A DNA stretch of 64,000 bases from Syntrophales bacterium (GTDB lineage Bacteria > Desulfobacterota > Syntrophia > Syntrophales > UBA2210): contig CAXXKT010000002.1 of assembly GCA_963662405.2 (NCBI GenBank), forward strand, positions 160,001 through 224,000, given 5' to 3'. The position numbers were made by a program, and so were the translations under genes. Shown piece after piece: positions 8,471 to 19,927 of this stretch; positions within the stretch are counted from its first letter, which is position 1, and each line of letters opens with the position of its first letter. The notes beneath the pieces were generated by a model. It made no database searches and was not told the origin of the DNA. It was given only the letters and a program-made list of their open reading frames with translations.

Positions 8471-10846
8471 CTACGGAAAACGGTACCCCTTCTCGATGAA
8501 GAGTCCTCGGCAGGCATCTACCACCTTCGCGTCATAGAGGATCCCTCTATTCTCGGATATCTCCTCCAGGGCGGCATCAAGACCCCGGGAAGAACGGTAC
8601 GGACGGTGTGAAAGAATGGCCTCCATGACGTCGGCCACGGCCAAAATCTTCGCCTCAGGGAGAATGGCATCTCCCATGAGCCCATGGGGGTAACCGGAGC
8701 CGTCCATCCGTTCATGATGCTGGAGGACGACATCGGCAACGGGCCAGGGGAAATCGATGTCTTTGAGGATATTATATCCCGCAAGCGGGTGATTTTTCAC
8801 GAGAGTAAACTCGATATCCGTCAGTTTTCCGGGCTTGCTCAGTATCTCCGCCGGAATGGCGATTTTCCCAATATCATGAATGCTGGCAACGGTATGAACA
8901 AAATCCACTCGATCCGCCGTCATGTTCATCTCTTCCGCAATGGCCCGCGCCAGATCGGCCGATCGCCGCTGATGACCGGCAGTGTAGGGATCTCTCGCCT
9001 CCACCACCGTGGAGATGGCTTGCACCGTGCCACCCAGTGACCGTCGCAGTTTCTCCGACGTGTCCAGAAGGGCCTCTTCCGCCCGCTTTCGGTCCGTAAT
9101 ATCAATATGCTGAATCACCGCATTGGTAATCGTTCCGTTTGATTCTCGTATGGGGAAAATGGTGACATCGAGAACGACAGAGGCTTTTCTTTGAAGCTTC
9201 AATTGATTCAATTGAGCGGTGTGATATTTCATATCAAACCGCACCGATCTTCCCTCCCCGAATACTGATCTGACCAAGGGGAGCAATCCCTGCTCTGCGA
9301 CCAGATTATCCTTCAGCACATTATATTTACCAACGACTTCCTCTTCCGTGATTTTGAGCAGATCACAACACGCCTGGTTGATCCTGATCAGGGTGCCATC
9401 CTCATCAGATATCCACATGGGATTGGGGCTTTCTTCAAGAATCTTATTCAGAAAAGCTTCGGAATGCTGAAGTTCCTCTTCGGAACGCTTGCGGTCGGCG
9501 ATATCCCGGGTGACCCCGAGGATACCGACCGGTTGCCGTTCTTCATCCCTGATAAAGGACAGCTTGACCTCGGTCCATACCAGGGTACCGTCCTTTCGCC
9601 TCATTTCCAGCTGGAGCGTCCGGTAGAGGGGAGTCTCTCCTGAGTCTGCGGATTTCTCAAGTTTCAACACCTCATCCAGGGTCCTCGTGGCCACCTCCCA
9701 TGAGGAGGGAGGTACTGTCTGGGAGGCCGGCTGACCGATGACCTCTTCCGGTTCGTATCCCCTCAGAATCCTGACAGAAGGGCTGACATAGGTATAGTTG
9801 AGATCCATATCCAGGACAAAGATGACGTCATTCACGTTATCGGCCAGGAGGCGGTATTTGCTTTCGCTTTCCTTCAGGGCCTCCTGGGCCATCTTTCGGT
9901 CGGTAATATCCCGCGTGATACTGAGAATATGGGGCACATCATTGAGGGTTATGACGGAGGCCGACATAAGTCCATACCGGATATCACCGCTCTTCATTCT
10001 GAAGGCGGCCTCAAGATTACCGATCTCACCGCTCTTCTGTAACTCGACTACGAGTCTTTGCCGGTCCTCCGGGTTGTCCCATACATTACACTCAAGGGAG
10101 GTTTTACCGATGATATCCTCTTCGGTATAGCCCATAATTTTGGTAAATCCCTGGTTAATGCTCATATACATGCCATCTTCAAGACGATTGATGTTGACGG
10201 CGTCCGGGCTGGTGTAAAAGGCCTTACGAAACTTTTCTTCACTTTTACCCAGGGCTTCTTCTGAAAGTTCATGTCGCAACCGGTTGACCATCAACACACC
10301 CAGCAGGGTGGTCGCCAGCGGAAAAATCACCAAGACCGGTAGCGCTATGTTCGCAATTACTCGGAAAGCCGTATCCCAGGGCAACGTAAACATCAGGGCC
10401 AGCATAACGATATGAATCACCAGGCCGAACAGATAGAGTTCGCGCCAGGCGATCTGTTCCACGGGACACCGCAGAAGATAACGCCAGGCTATTCCGATTC
10501 CCCCCGACGCAAGGATCACTGAAACACCGGTGAGGATGGCTGCCCCCCCCTGGAAGATACGGAACGCCGCGGTCATCGCCATCGCTATTGCGGCAGGAAT
10601 CAATCCGAAAAAGAGCCCGGCTATCCCGAGAATCACCGAACGGGTATCAAAGATGATCCCCGGCATGAATTCCCACGAAGTCAGCATCACGATAATGCCG
10701 ATGAACCCGATGATAATACCGACCAATATCTGCCAGAAGAGTGCCTGTTTGGTCCGCCACCGGATGGCGCCTATATCAAAAATGAAAGCGACCGCCAGAA
10801 GCAAGGCGGCGTTTTGAACAAGACCGAGGAAAGATGCGCTATTCAT
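8471..10846 (-). CDS. membrane sensor (5TM-LYT-like) + 3 PAS + HD-GYP cyclic dinucleotide phosphodiesterase
   Basis: PGIIFDTRS TM sensor; three PAS/PAC repeats ending DI(T/A)DRK; HDIGK and HHERMDGSGYP; GGGAGG RBS. Confidence 0.9.
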   Translation of the reverse strand: MNSASFLGLVQNAALLLAVAFIFDIGAIRWRTKQALFWQILVGIIIGFIGIIVMLTSWEFMPGIIFDTRSVILGIAGLFFGLIPAAIAMAMTAAFRIFQGGAAILTGVSVILASGGIGIAWRYLLRCPVEQIAWRELYLFGLVIHIVMLALMFTLPWDTAFRVIANIALPVLVIFPLATTLLGVLMVNRLRHELSEEALGKSEEKFRKAFYTSPDAVNINRLEDGMYMSINQGFTKIMGYTEEDIIGKTSLECNVWDNPEDRQRLVVELQKSGEIGNLEAAFRMKSGDIRYGLMSASVITLNDVPHILSITRDITDRKMAQEALKESESKYRLLADNVNDVIFVLDMDLNYTYVSPSVRILRGYEPEEVIGQPASQTVPPSSWEVATRTLDEVLKLEKSADSGETPLYRTLQLEMRRKDGTLVWTEVKLSFIRDEERQPVGILGVTRDIADRKRSEEELQHSEAFLNKILEESPNPMWISDEDGTLIRINQACCDLLKITEEEVVGKYNVLKDNLVAEQGLLPLVRSVFGEGRSVRFDMKYHTAQLNQLKLQRKASVVLDVTIFPIRESNGTITNAVIQHIDITDRKRAEEALLDTSEKLRRSLGGTVQAISTVVEARDPYTAGHQRRSADLARAIAEEMNMTADRVDFVHTVASIHDIGKIAIPAEILSKPGKLTDIEFTLVKNHPLAGYNILKDIDFPWPVADVVLQHHERMDGSGYPHGLMGDAILPEAKILAVADVMEAILSHRPYRSSRGLDAALEEISENRGILYDAKVVDACRGLFIEKGYRFP

Positions 10847-11349
10847 GAGGTGCCTCCCTGAGACCGTCCGTTCTAACCCGTGCACAACGGAAAAGCAAAA
10901 GGAGCCGTTACCACATTTTCTGAAACGGCATTGCCCCCTGTGAGGTCATAATACCCAACGAGCGACATACCGAGCGCATTCTTGCATATTTCTATAGGAT
11001 CAGTCAACCGGGAGGAACAAACAGGGGCGGCAAACAAGGCACCTTCAACCTCGCCAAGGGCAGCACCTTCTTTCCGAATGACCGTGGCAAATCAACCGTT
11101 CGACCACATCGGCGGAAAAGGGGACCACCTCAAAATGCTCCGCCCGAGTATATCGAGTGCGGCGTACAAAGACCGCCGGCGAAGCGTGCAACGCTTGTGC
11201 GTAAAACGGCTCCTGGTTGCCTTGTCCCTGTCCTCTTTGCCACCCCTCTTTTCCATGCTGTCTCTGCATATCGATCAGAGCGGCATCAACACGGCAATCA
11301 GGGTCGTATGATATGGTCATCTATTCATCACATTGACCTCTCCACCGGT

Positions 11350-12807
11350 TTACTGATAGACAGGGTCGACGTGGTCGCGACCCCGGCCGTTTCCGCTTGT
11401 CCGCCCCCTGACCACCGCTACAAGATCCGCAACGTATCCCTTCATTTTTTGTGCCTGGTCGTGCATCTTCTCGGCGGTCGTGGCGGATTCTTCTGCATTC
11501 GAAGCAACCTTCTGCGTCACATTATTCATTTCTTCAACAGCCCGATTGATCTGTGCGATCCCCTCCGCCTGTTCCTGCGATGTCACGGTTATCTCATTTA
11601 CTATCGTATTGATATTCTCAGCTATTTCTATATTTTCGCGAAAGGCTTCCTGAGTTGCCCTGGTTAATTCGTTTCCGTTATGTACGGCCTTAATGGTATT
11701 TTCAATCAAGTCATTCGTGCTTTTCGCCGCTCCGGCAGCCCTCATGGCAAGATTCCTCACCTCGTCCGCCACCACGGCAAATCCGGCACCCGCTTCACCG
11801 GCCCGGGCCGCTTCGACGGCTGCGTTTAACGCAAGCAGATTGGTCTGAAACGCAATTTCGTCAATGGTCTTGATTATCTTACCCGTCTCTTCGCTTGATT
11901 TTGTTATCTCATCGATCGCCCCGGTCATTTCCTCCATATGTCCATTGACCTTGTCGATAACGGCAATCTCTTTATCCATCATCGATTTGGCCTCCCTGGC
12001 ATTCCTGGCATTCTGGTCGGTCTTTTCGGCCATACTACCGATAGATGCCGATGTCTCTTCCAGGGAGGAAGCCTGTTCGCTTGAGCCCTCCGCCAACTGT
12101 TGAGCCGTCGCTGATACCCGTTCCGAGGCAAGGGTCATACGGTCCGATTCGCCTGCAAGACCGGCGATCACTCTGTTAATTGGCCCCGCAATAGTATGAA
12201 TCATTATGAAACCGAGGAATATAATGACGGCAATCCCGATGATGCCGCAGGCAATGATCTTGATTGATATATCACGTACCACTTCATCATATTTTGTATT
12301 GGGGACGCCAACATAAAACATGCCGATGATTTTGCCCTCCCCGTTTTTGATCGGTTGATAGGCCGTCTGATTCCAGACACCGACCACATTGGCCTTTCCC
12401 GTAAAGTTCCTTCCCTTTTCGAGGGTCGTATCCACTACCTTCGCCGACGCCGTGGTGCCGACCGCCCGGTCGCCCTGCGCATTTTTCACATTGGTAGACA
12501 CCCGCGTATCTCCCTGAAAAATGGTCACCGTATCCCCCGTCAGCGAACCAATCTGATCAACAAGAGTAAAATTACCGTTCATAACCGTATCGCCCTTGTA
12601 AATTTTTCCATCACGGATCGACCACATACCGGGGATCGTTTCATCTATGAGCTTCTGACTCAAGGCAATGTCACCCCGCAGTTTTTCTTGAGCTGTGGTG
12701 ATGATCTTTCCCCGCACTGTCAGTATGGTAAGGAAAGCGATGATTATCAACACAAGAGCAAAGACAGCAATAAATCCGAACATTCGTACCTTTAAATCAA
12801 TCTGCAT
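11350..12807 (-). CDS. methyl-accepting chemotaxis protein with Cache sensor domain
   Basis: TM-Cache ([23 protein letters not shown])-[36 protein letters not shown]. Confidence 0.95.
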   Translation of the reverse strand: MQIDLKVRMFGFIAVFALVLIIIAFLTILTVRGKIITTAQEKLRGDIALSQKLIDETIPGMWSIRDGKIYKGDTVMNGNFTLVDQIGSLTGDTVTIFQGDTRVSTNVKNAQGDRAVGTTASAKVVDTTLEKGRNFTGKANVVGVWNQTAYQPIKNGEGKIIGMFYVGVPNTKYDEVVRDISIKIIACGIIGIAVIIFLGFIMIHTIAGPINRVIAGLAGESDRMTLASERVSATAQQLAEGSSEQASSLEETSASIGSMAEKTDQNARNAREAKSMMDKEIAVIDKVNGHMEEMTGAIDEITKSSEETGKIIKTIDEIAFQTNLLALNAAVEAARAGEAGAGFAVVADEVRNLAMRAAGAAKSTNDLIENTIKAVHNGNELTRATQEAFRENIEIAENINTIVNEITVTSQEQAEGIAQINRAVEEMNNVTQKVASNAEESATTAEKMHDQAQKMKGYVADLVAVVRGRTSGNGRGRDHVDPVYQ

Positions 12808-12904
12808 GTAAAATTCCTTTCCCGGAGGTTTCTTCAGGTTATCGATTCGATCGAATCGAGGTTACCGATGAAAATCGATATGCTTCGGCACAGTGTCGTC
12901 GAGA

Positions 12905-12931
12905 ATATCGGCTTTTTCCGGTAAAACTTTA
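12905..12931 (-). promoter_or_regulatory. sigma28 (FliA) promoter
   Basis: Minus strand TAAA-N15-GCCGATAT about 100 bp upstream of the MCP gene. Confidence 0.8.
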
Positions 12932-13181
12932 TAGGAAGATTCCACACACCACGGCACGCTGAAAATACAACAACCCGTACAGTGGAATCAGGGGTTGTTG
13001 ATCATCACGCACCATATTTTGTATGCGGAGGACACGACCTGTTCGTCCTATCGGCGCTATCGGTGTCGACCACGTTACATTGGTAGAAAGTTGGTCCCCG
13101 GAGGGGGAAAGGATTCGGATAGCTACCTCCGGGAAGTCGGAGGATGAGTTTGCAAACCGCTCACAATAGATCGATTTCTTT

Positions 13182-13212
13182 TGAGCCCCCCCAGAAAAAT
13201 CGGGGGGGCTCA
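13182..13212. other. GC-rich stem-loop downstream of the acyl-CoA dehydrogenase
   Basis: TGAGCCCCCCC/GGGGGGGCTCA 11-bp stem; no U tract on the coding strand. Confidence 0.5.
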
Positions 13213-13235
13213 GGGACAATCACATCAAGACGCGG

Positions 13236-14378
13236 TTATTTCGATTGCAGGTATTTGCCGATCGTCATAATTTCCGCTTCTTTCGTACCTTCATAAAGCT
13301 CAAGGATTTTGGCATCCCGATACCACTTCTGAACGTCATACTCGTCCATATAGCCGTAGCCACCATGGATTTCTACGCCTGCATTAGCGCAGAAAACCGC
13401 AGTTTGTCCGCCCAGATATTTGCCCATGGCCGCCAAAGTATAATCAGGCGTTCCATTATCAACAAGCCACGCAGACTTATATACAAAGCCTCTGAGTGCT
13501 TCAATCTTGATGGCCATCTCCGTAAGCTTTTGCATGGTAATTTGATAGCTTCCGAGGGGAGCGCCAAAGACGCTTCGTTCTTTTGCATATTTCACACTGG
13601 CGGCGAGGCACGCCTCCGACAATCCGAGTGCCTGAGCAGCGATCATGATTCTTGTAATATCGAAGAAATGCATGAGTTGATAGAATCCCTTACCGGCTGT
13701 ACCAATGAGATTTTCCTGAGGGACACGAACGTCCTCAAGGGCTATTTCCGCGGTATCACTGGCGCGGAGTCCCATTTTACCATGGAGTTTTGTTCTCGTA
13801 ACCCCCTTTGCGTTACCCGGAACGACAATCTGACTGAAGCTGGCATGTTTTTTCGCATCAGGCTCCGTAATGGCCTGGACAATCATAAAATCGCACGATG
13901 TTCCATTCGTAATGAACATCTTGTTTCCGTTGATTACCCAGTCCTGACCATCCCTGACGGCTCGTGTCTTGTAGCCTGACACATCCGTACCGGCATTTGG
14001 TTCCGTGTAAGCACCTGCAAACACATGTTCACCGGAGCAGATTGTCGGCAGATATTGTTTCTTCTGTTCTTCCGTCCCATAGGAATAGATGTTCTGAGCT
14101 CCGAAACAGGCACCGTAGAGATTCAAGCCAATACCGATACAGGCCTTGGAAAGCTCTTCCGTAATAATGGCATGTCCCAAGAAACCGACACCCGCTCCCC
14201 CGTATTCTTCCGGAATCCACGCCCCGATCAGACCGTTTTCAGCCGCTTTTTTCCGGAGTTCGGGTGTATACTTTTCCTGGGCATCCGCTTCAAGGGCCAC
14301 AGGTGCAATTTCGGTCTGGCCAAATTTATAGGCCATGTCTTTTATCATTTGAAGCTCTTCACTTAATTGAAAATCCAC
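13236..14378 (-). CDS. acyl-CoA dehydrogenase
   Basis: IPEEYGGAG, TEPNAGTD, NGNKMFITNG, IHGGYGY, YRDAKILELYEGT; GTG start with AGGAGA RBS (alternative ATG at 14399). Confidence 0.95.
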   Translation of the reverse strand: MDFQLSEELQMIKDMAYKFGQTEIAPVALEADAQEKYTPELRKKAAENGLIGAWIPEEYGGAGVGFLGHAIITEELSKACIGIGLNLYGACFGAQNIYSYGTEEQKKQYLPTICSGEHVFAGAYTEPNAGTDVSGYKTRAVRDGQDWVINGNKMFITNGTSCDFMIVQAITEPDAKKHASFSQIVVPGNAKGVTRTKLHGKMGLRASDTAEIALEDVRVPQENLIGTAGKGFYQLMHFFDITRIMIAAQALGLSEACLAASVKYAKERSVFGAPLGSYQITMQKLTEMAIKIEALRGFVYKSAWLVDNGTPDYTLAAMGKYLGGQTAVFCANAGVEIHGGYGYMDEYDVQKWYRDAKILELYEGTKEAEIMTIGKYLQSK

Positions 14379-14719
14379 TTTATTCTCCTTTACTTTCATC
14401 TCTTTTAGGTCTCAATCCCCGCAGCTCGTCGCGGTGCGGGATGGTTCATACATGTTGCCTGTTTTGCCCTCACCGGTTGCATTTCGGACCGAAGACGGCG
14501 TTCTCCCCGGAACAATCCCGAAACTCCCCTGTGAACAAACCACCACTGGACAAAGCATCCCGGGCTTTGGGATTGGCTTCATACAGTGTGGCCACAGAAA
14601 CGATCGGTGCAATCTGCTCGGAAACCGCCCGTCCTCAGCAGAGACCGACCGGCCGTGTCATCGGCGCTGCAAGAGCGTAGCAAAACGACTGTCGGGGCAA
14701 GAAGCACAACAGCAGCAAA

Positions 14720-16315
14720 CTAGCCGCCTATTTTCTGTTCGTGACCCACCCAATACCTTGCCCGTAATTCACGCTTCAAGATCTTGCCGGTACCGGTTTT
14801 CGGCAGGTCACTCACGAAATCTACGGTACGCGGCAGCTTAAACTTGGACAACAGCGAAGCGCAATGGTCAATTATCTCTTTTCCGGTAGCCTCCATGTTC
14901 GGCTTGAGTACGATCAACGCCTTGACCGACTCGCCCCATTTGGGATCGGGCACACCAACCACGGCACATTCCATCACGGCAGGAAACTGGTGAATAGCCA
15001 TTTCGACTTCGGCAGATGCAACGTTCTCTCCGCCGCTGATGATCATGTCCTTACCGCGATCGACAATCTGGACATAGCCTTCTTTGTCAATAGTGGCAAG
15101 ATCTCCCGTGTGCATCCACCCATCAATAATCACTTTTGCGGTCTCCTCCGGATCCTGCCAGAACCCTTTCATCACGTTATTGCCACGAACGATGATCTCT
15201 CCTACGGCCTCTCCGTCAGCCTCTACGTCTGTGCCATCCTCATCGACAACTCGCAATTCGACACCGAAGACCGGTTTGCCGGTCTTCGCCCGATAAATCA
15301 GCTGCTCTTCAAAGGGCAGTTTCTTCATGTGGTCCTTCAATGTGGATAGGGTCAGCATAGGGCAGGTCTCTGTCATTCCATAGGCTTGATAGCATTTGAC
15401 ACCGAATCTCTCCTGCGCTTCCCGTAAGATAGTGATGGGCATCGGCGCTCCCCCGATGATCATCCGCTCCCACGATGAGGTATCGTATGTGTCGGCTTCG
15501 GGGTAGTTAAGCAAGGTGGTGACCATTGCCGGTACCATTGCCCCGATCGTTACTTTTTCATTCTGGATAGCCTCAAACACTTGCGGCGCACGGAAATTCC
15601 TGACAATTACATGAGTGGCACCGGAACCAGTAATGCCATGAGGCGACCCCCAGCCATTCACGTGAAATAACGGCACACTGTGTAACTGCGTGTCAGCATC
15701 GGTAACACTCAGCATATGAATGTAATTGAGCGCATTGGTGTAGAGATTACGATGGGTCAGCATAACACCCTTCGGTCTTGATGTCGTACCACTCGTATAG
15801 AACAATTCAGCCACATCGTTTTCATCCATCTCGGGCCGGGCGGGACGTTCGATTGAAGCCTCCTTCAACAGGGAATCATAGTCAGGCCAATCGATGTGAT
15901 CGGGACGATGACCATCGGTAAACAACATAAATTCCGTCACGGTCTCCAGTTTGTCGACGACAGGGGCCACCAAGTCCGCATACTCCCAATCAACGCATAC
16001 CGCCTTAGCGCCGGCATGATTCAGGACGAATGCGACCTCTTCCGCACTTAACCTGATGTTGATACAAAGAAGAATAGCCCCGATTTGGGTAATACCATAA
16101 TAGGATTCGAGAATACGATGCCCGTTTGGACCGATATAGGCAACACGGTCGCCCTGCCCGACCCCTTTGCCTATAAGAGCATTGGAAAGCTGATTTACCC
16201 GTTCGTTGAACTGGTTGTAGGTAAATCGTTTCTCTCCATCAACGATGCAGGTCTTGGCCCCGTATAACGAGACTCCTCGATCCAGGAAATGAGTTACTAA
16301 CATAGGTACTTGCAT
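14720..16315 (-). CDS. long/medium-chain fatty-acid--CoA ligase (AMP-forming)
   Basis: YTSGTTSRPKG, YGMTET, GWMHTGD, DRGKDMIISGGEN, LPKTGTGKI. Confidence 0.93.
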   Translation of the reverse strand: MQVPMLVTHFLDRGVSLYGAKTCIVDGEKRFTYNQFNERVNQLSNALIGKGVGQGDRVAYIGPNGHRILESYYGITQIGAILLCINIRLSAEEVAFVLNHAGAKAVCVDWEYADLVAPVVDKLETVTEFMLFTDGHRPDHIDWPDYDSLLKEASIERPARPEMDENDVAELFYTSGTTSRPKGVMLTHRNLYTNALNYIHMLSVTDADTQLHSVPLFHVNGWGSPHGITGSGATHVIVRNFRAPQVFEAIQNEKVTIGAMVPAMVTTLLNYPEADTYDTSSWERMIIGGAPMPITILREAQERFGVKCYQAYGMTETCPMLTLSTLKDHMKKLPFEEQLIYRAKTGKPVFGVELRVVDEDGTDVEADGEAVGEIIVRGNNVMKGFWQDPEETAKVIIDGWMHTGDLATIDKEGYVQIVDRGKDMIISGGENVASAEVEMAIHQFPAVMECAVVGVPDPKWGESVKALIVLKPNMEATGKEIIDHCASLLSKFKLPRTVDFVSDLPKTGTGKILKRELRARYWVGHEQKIGG

Positions 16316-16866
16316 TACTGTGATTGTCTCCTGTTATCTTAATTTAATACGGCATTGCTTCTCCGTCAGACAGATATGTCCGATTTTACAGCCGCGCCGT
16401 TGGGGCATATTGCATCTTACTGAAGCAATACAGACACCCCTTCAAAAACGCTTTTTTTACTACACGATGGCCGCTTGCGGTATCGGTGTTCGTCCGAATG
16501 AGATGTAGGAGAAATGCTTACACAGGCCTGAATTTCCCTCGGCAAGCGTCAAATCATTCCGTGATGGGATCGCACGCCAAGGTCGGTGTCCACCCATCAC
16601 CGAAGGAATACCCGTTACCAGCGGTTTCGGGAAGGCGCGGATAGGATCGCAATCGTGGCCTTCGATCTGGGCGGAAAAATCGTTATGGAACAGGACGACA
16701 TCATCCGATCCACCGGGCATTCGCCACCCACCGTCAACCGACAACGCCGCCGAGCTTTCCTTCGATAAGAGGCGGAAGGATCATTAAAATTTTAACGAGA
16801 TTTGTGTCAATATCCTCAGCTGATAACCGCCACCGTGAAACGTTTCTCCCCCTGTTATTTGATCTA

Positions 16867-16906
16867 TTGACATTGTTGAGGATTTATATATATATTTTGG
16901 TATAAT
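16867..16906 (+). promoter_or_regulatory. sigma70-type promoter elements upstream of hsp20-lon
   Basis: TTGACA at 16867 and extended -10 TGGTATAAT at 16898-16906; too far apart for one promoter, possibly two. Confidence 0.5.
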
Positions 16907-16940
16907 AGTATTGACGATTTAGGGTCTGCAGGAGCCGAAC

Positions 16941-17393
16941 ATGGATTATATAAAGATACGGTTCAGCGATGATCGGGGACTTTTGGATGCCGAGGGAGAG
17001 GCTTCGGCCGGTCAGGGGTTTTTACGACTCTTCGATCCGACTTACGTCCTCCACCGGCACGCGTGGAAGCCCCCGGTCAACATTTACGAAACGACTGAAA
17101 ATATCACCGTCATTGCAGAGCTCGCGGGGGTAAAAGAAGAAGATATACAGCTGGAAATCAGTGATCGGACCATCAAGATAGCAGGGAAACGAACGGAGAG
17201 GTCTCGAGTCAAGAACTCCCGGTATCGCCTCGCAGAGATCAACTACGGCTATTTCGAGCGCCTGCTGTCCATTTCCGTCCCCATTGATACGGAGGGCGTT
17301 ACCGCCACACATGCTGACGGCATACTTGAAATTCATATTCCGAAATTGCCGCCGGAGCAACACATACACAGGATCATCATCCAGAGTGAATAA
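16941..17393 (+). CDS. Hsp20/alpha-crystallin small heat shock protein
   Basis: WKPPVNIYE, AELAGV, EINYGYFER, DGILEIHIPK. Confidence 0.9.
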   Translation: MDYIKIRFSDDRGLLDAEGEASAGQGFLRLFDPTYVLHRHAWKPPVNIYETTENITVIAELAGVKEEDIQLEISDRTIKIAGKRTERSRVKNSRYRLAEINYGYFERLLSISVPIDTEGVTATHADGILEIHIPKLPPEQHIHRIIIQSE

Positions 17394-17433
17394 TCAGTGC
17401 CATCGGCACTACACATGGTCTGTGGGGGGTCTC

Positions 17434-19791
17434 ATGAATGATCAACAGCTTTCCGGAGAGTTAAAGGACGCCAAGATGCCGAAGGTCCTCCCGGTCCTGT
17501 CCCTCTTTAATGTTGTCGTATACCCGCATATGACGTTCCCTCTTGAGGTCAGCGGTGAGCGTGCCATGACCCTCCTTGATGAAGCCATGTCAGATGAACG
17601 TATGATCGGCTTCGTGATGGGGAAAAAAGTACTCGATTCCGACGAGCTTCCCGGCGAGGAAGATATTCATCATATCGGGACGGTTGGGGCAATCATAAAG
17701 ATGGCAAAAACGGACGAGAATAAGGCACAGATGCTTGTCCAGGGCATCAGCCGTTTCTCCGCCGATGCATTCATCGAGGGAAAACCATATCTTCAGGCAC
17801 GGATCACGGCGCTCGCCGACAAAGAAGCCAAAGGGATCAAGATCGAGGCCCTGATGTCAAATCTGGTGAATCTCTTCAACCGTATTGTGAAGCTTTCGCC
17901 CTTTCTTCCCCAAGAGGTTGGTGCACTCGCCACAAGTATCAGAGACCCGGGCGCGCTGGCCGATATGATCGCCACGTTGATCAACGCGGACCCCCAAGAG
18001 AAACAAAAGGTGCTCGAAATCCTTAACGTCAAAAAACGCCTTGAAGAGGTAACCCGAGTCGTCAGTCATCGGCTTGAGATCCTCGAACTGGGCGACAAGA
18101 TACAGACACAGGTCAAGGACGACATCGACAAGGGACAGCGGGAATATTTTCTCCGCCAGCAGCTCAAGGCGATCAAAGAAGAACTCGGTGAGGATGAGGA
18201 CGAACCCAAGATCAAGATAGACGAATACCGCATGAAGATCGATAGTATAGCCCTCCCCGAAGAGGCAAAGAAAGAGGCGGAACGCGAACTGAATCGTCTT
18301 TCACGAATGCACCCCTCCTCCGCGGAATTTACCGTGGCCTCGACCTATCTCGACTGGATGACATCCCTCCCCTGGAATACGAGCACACCGGACAATCTCG
18401 ATATTGGCAAGGCCCGAAAGGTCCTGGACGAGGATCACTATGGTCTTGACAAGCCCAAGAAGCGGGTCATTGAATATCTTTCCGTCAGAAAACTGAAACC
18501 GGACACCAAGGGACCGATTCTCTGTTTCGCCGGTCCTCCCGGGACGGGGAAGACTTCTCTGGGCACCTCCATCGCTCGAGCCCTCGGCAGAAAATTTCTT
18601 CGTATCTCGCTGGGAGGTGTCCGGGACGAGGCGGAAATTCGCGGTCACCGGAGAACCTACATCGGGGCGCTCCCGGGACGGATCATCCAGGGGCTTAGAC
18701 GGGCCGAATCGAACAACCCTGTTTTCATGCTCGACGAGATCGATAAACTGGGAATGGACTTCCGGGGCGATCCGTCATCCGCCCTCCTTGAGGTCCTTGA
18801 TCCCGAGCAGAATTTTTCTTTTAGCGATCACTATCTGGATGTCCCGTTCGATCTCTCACACGTCATGTTTATCACGACGGCAAACATCTTGGAGACGATT
18901 CCTCCGGCCCTTCGCGACCGCCTGGAGGTGATCGAACTCCTCGGGTACACCCCTGATGAAAAGATCAAGATCGCCCAGCGTTACCTCATCCCCCGTCAGA
19001 TAGAAGCAAACGGCCTGCAGCCCAAAGAGCTCAAGATTGCGAAGGCGGCGCTGCGAATACTCGTATCCGGATATACCCGCGAGGCCGGTGTGCGGAATCT
19101 GGAACGGGAGATCGCGAACATCTGCCGCGGCGTCGCAAGCGAGGTGGCGATCGGCGCGAGACAGGCCGCGTCGATCGGTGTGAAGGACCTCCATGCATAC
19201 CTTGGTCCCGTCCGGATCACCTCGGAGGAGAAGGCCCGAATCTCGAAGCCGGGGGTCGCCGTGGGACTCGCGTGGACACCCACGGGTGGTGAGATTCTCT
19301 TCATAGAAGCCACAGCGATGAAGGGAAACAAAGGGCTGACACTGACCGGACAGCTCGGCGACATTATGAAGGAATCAGCGACTGCCGCTCTCAGTTTCGT
19401 CCGTGCCAACGCAAACGAACTGGGGATCAAGGGAGACTTTTTCGATACGATGGATGTCCACATCCATGTGCCGGCCGGTGCGATTCAGAAGGACGGTCCT
19501 TCGGCAGGAGTAACGATCCTCACGGCCCTCACCTCACTGCTGACCGACAGACCGATTAAAGAGGACCTTGCCATGACGGGCGAGATCACCCTGCGGGGGG
19601 TGGTCCTCCCCGTGGGAGGGATCAAGGAAAAGATTCTTGCCGCCCACCGGGCGGGGATCAAGATCATTATTCTACCTAAGTGGAACATGAAAGATATCGA
19701 GGATATCCCGGAAAAGATCAGACAGGAGATCCGTTTTCACTTCGTCAGCGAGATGATGGATGTCTTGAAGGTAGCCCTCAAGAAGAAATAG
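17434..19791 (+). CDS. lon: ATP-dependent protease La
   Basis: LON N-domain; [29 protein letters not shown] catalytic Ser; GGIKEK. Confidence 0.97.
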   Translation: MNDQQLSGELKDAKMPKVLPVLSLFNVVVYPHMTFPLEVSGERAMTLLDEAMSDERMIGFVMGKKVLDSDELPGEEDIHHIGTVGAIIKMAKTDENKAQMLVQGISRFSADAFIEGKPYLQARITALADKEAKGIKIEALMSNLVNLFNRIVKLSPFLPQEVGALATSIRDPGALADMIATLINADPQEKQKVLEILNVKKRLEEVTRVVSHRLEILELGDKIQTQVKDDIDKGQREYFLRQQLKAIKEELGEDEDEPKIKIDEYRMKIDSIALPEEAKKEAERELNRLSRMHPSSAEFTVASTYLDWMTSLPWNTSTPDNLDIGKARKVLDEDHYGLDKPKKRVIEYLSVRKLKPDTKGPILCFAGPPGTGKTSLGTSIARALGRKFLRISLGGVRDEAEIRGHRRTYIGALPGRIIQGLRRAESNNPVFMLDEIDKLGMDFRGDPSSALLEVLDPEQNFSFSDHYLDVPFDLSHVMFITTANILETIPPALRDRLEVIELLGYTPDEKIKIAQRYLIPRQIEANGLQPKELKIAKAALRILVSGYTREAGVRNLEREIANICRGVASEVAIGARQAASIGVKDLHAYLGPVRITSEEKARISKPGVAVGLAWTPTGGEILFIEATAMKGNKGLTLTGQLGDIMKESATAALSFVRANANELGIKGDFFDTMDVHIHVPAGAIQKDGPSAGVTILTALTSLLTDRPIKEDLAMTGEITLRGVVLPVGGIKEKILAAHRAGIKIIILPKWNMKDIEDIPEKIRQEIRFHFVSEMMDVLKVALKKK

Positions 19792-19927
19792 CCCTTCATG
19801 TCGCCCCCTTTCTTTCCGCATTTTCCCTGTTGCCGATAGAAACACGTCTCTGGAGAGGTTTCTTTTTCACGGTAAGTGTGATTAAATCACATGAGTGTTT
19901 CCGGGGTAAGAACAAAACCGTATTGTT

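Noticed and set aside
10891..10960. c-di-GMP-I riboswitch upstream of the HD-GYP gene
   Set aside because: CACAGGG..GCAA and GAAA are suggestive, but the GACGCAAAGC core and second stem are absent
11045..11320. Small ORFs between the MCP and HD-GYP genes
   Set aside because: No clear RBS or protein motif in any frame
16460..16768. Short ORFs in the ligase/hsp20 divergent gap
   Set aside because: No motif support; regulatory DNA or an unidentifiable remnant
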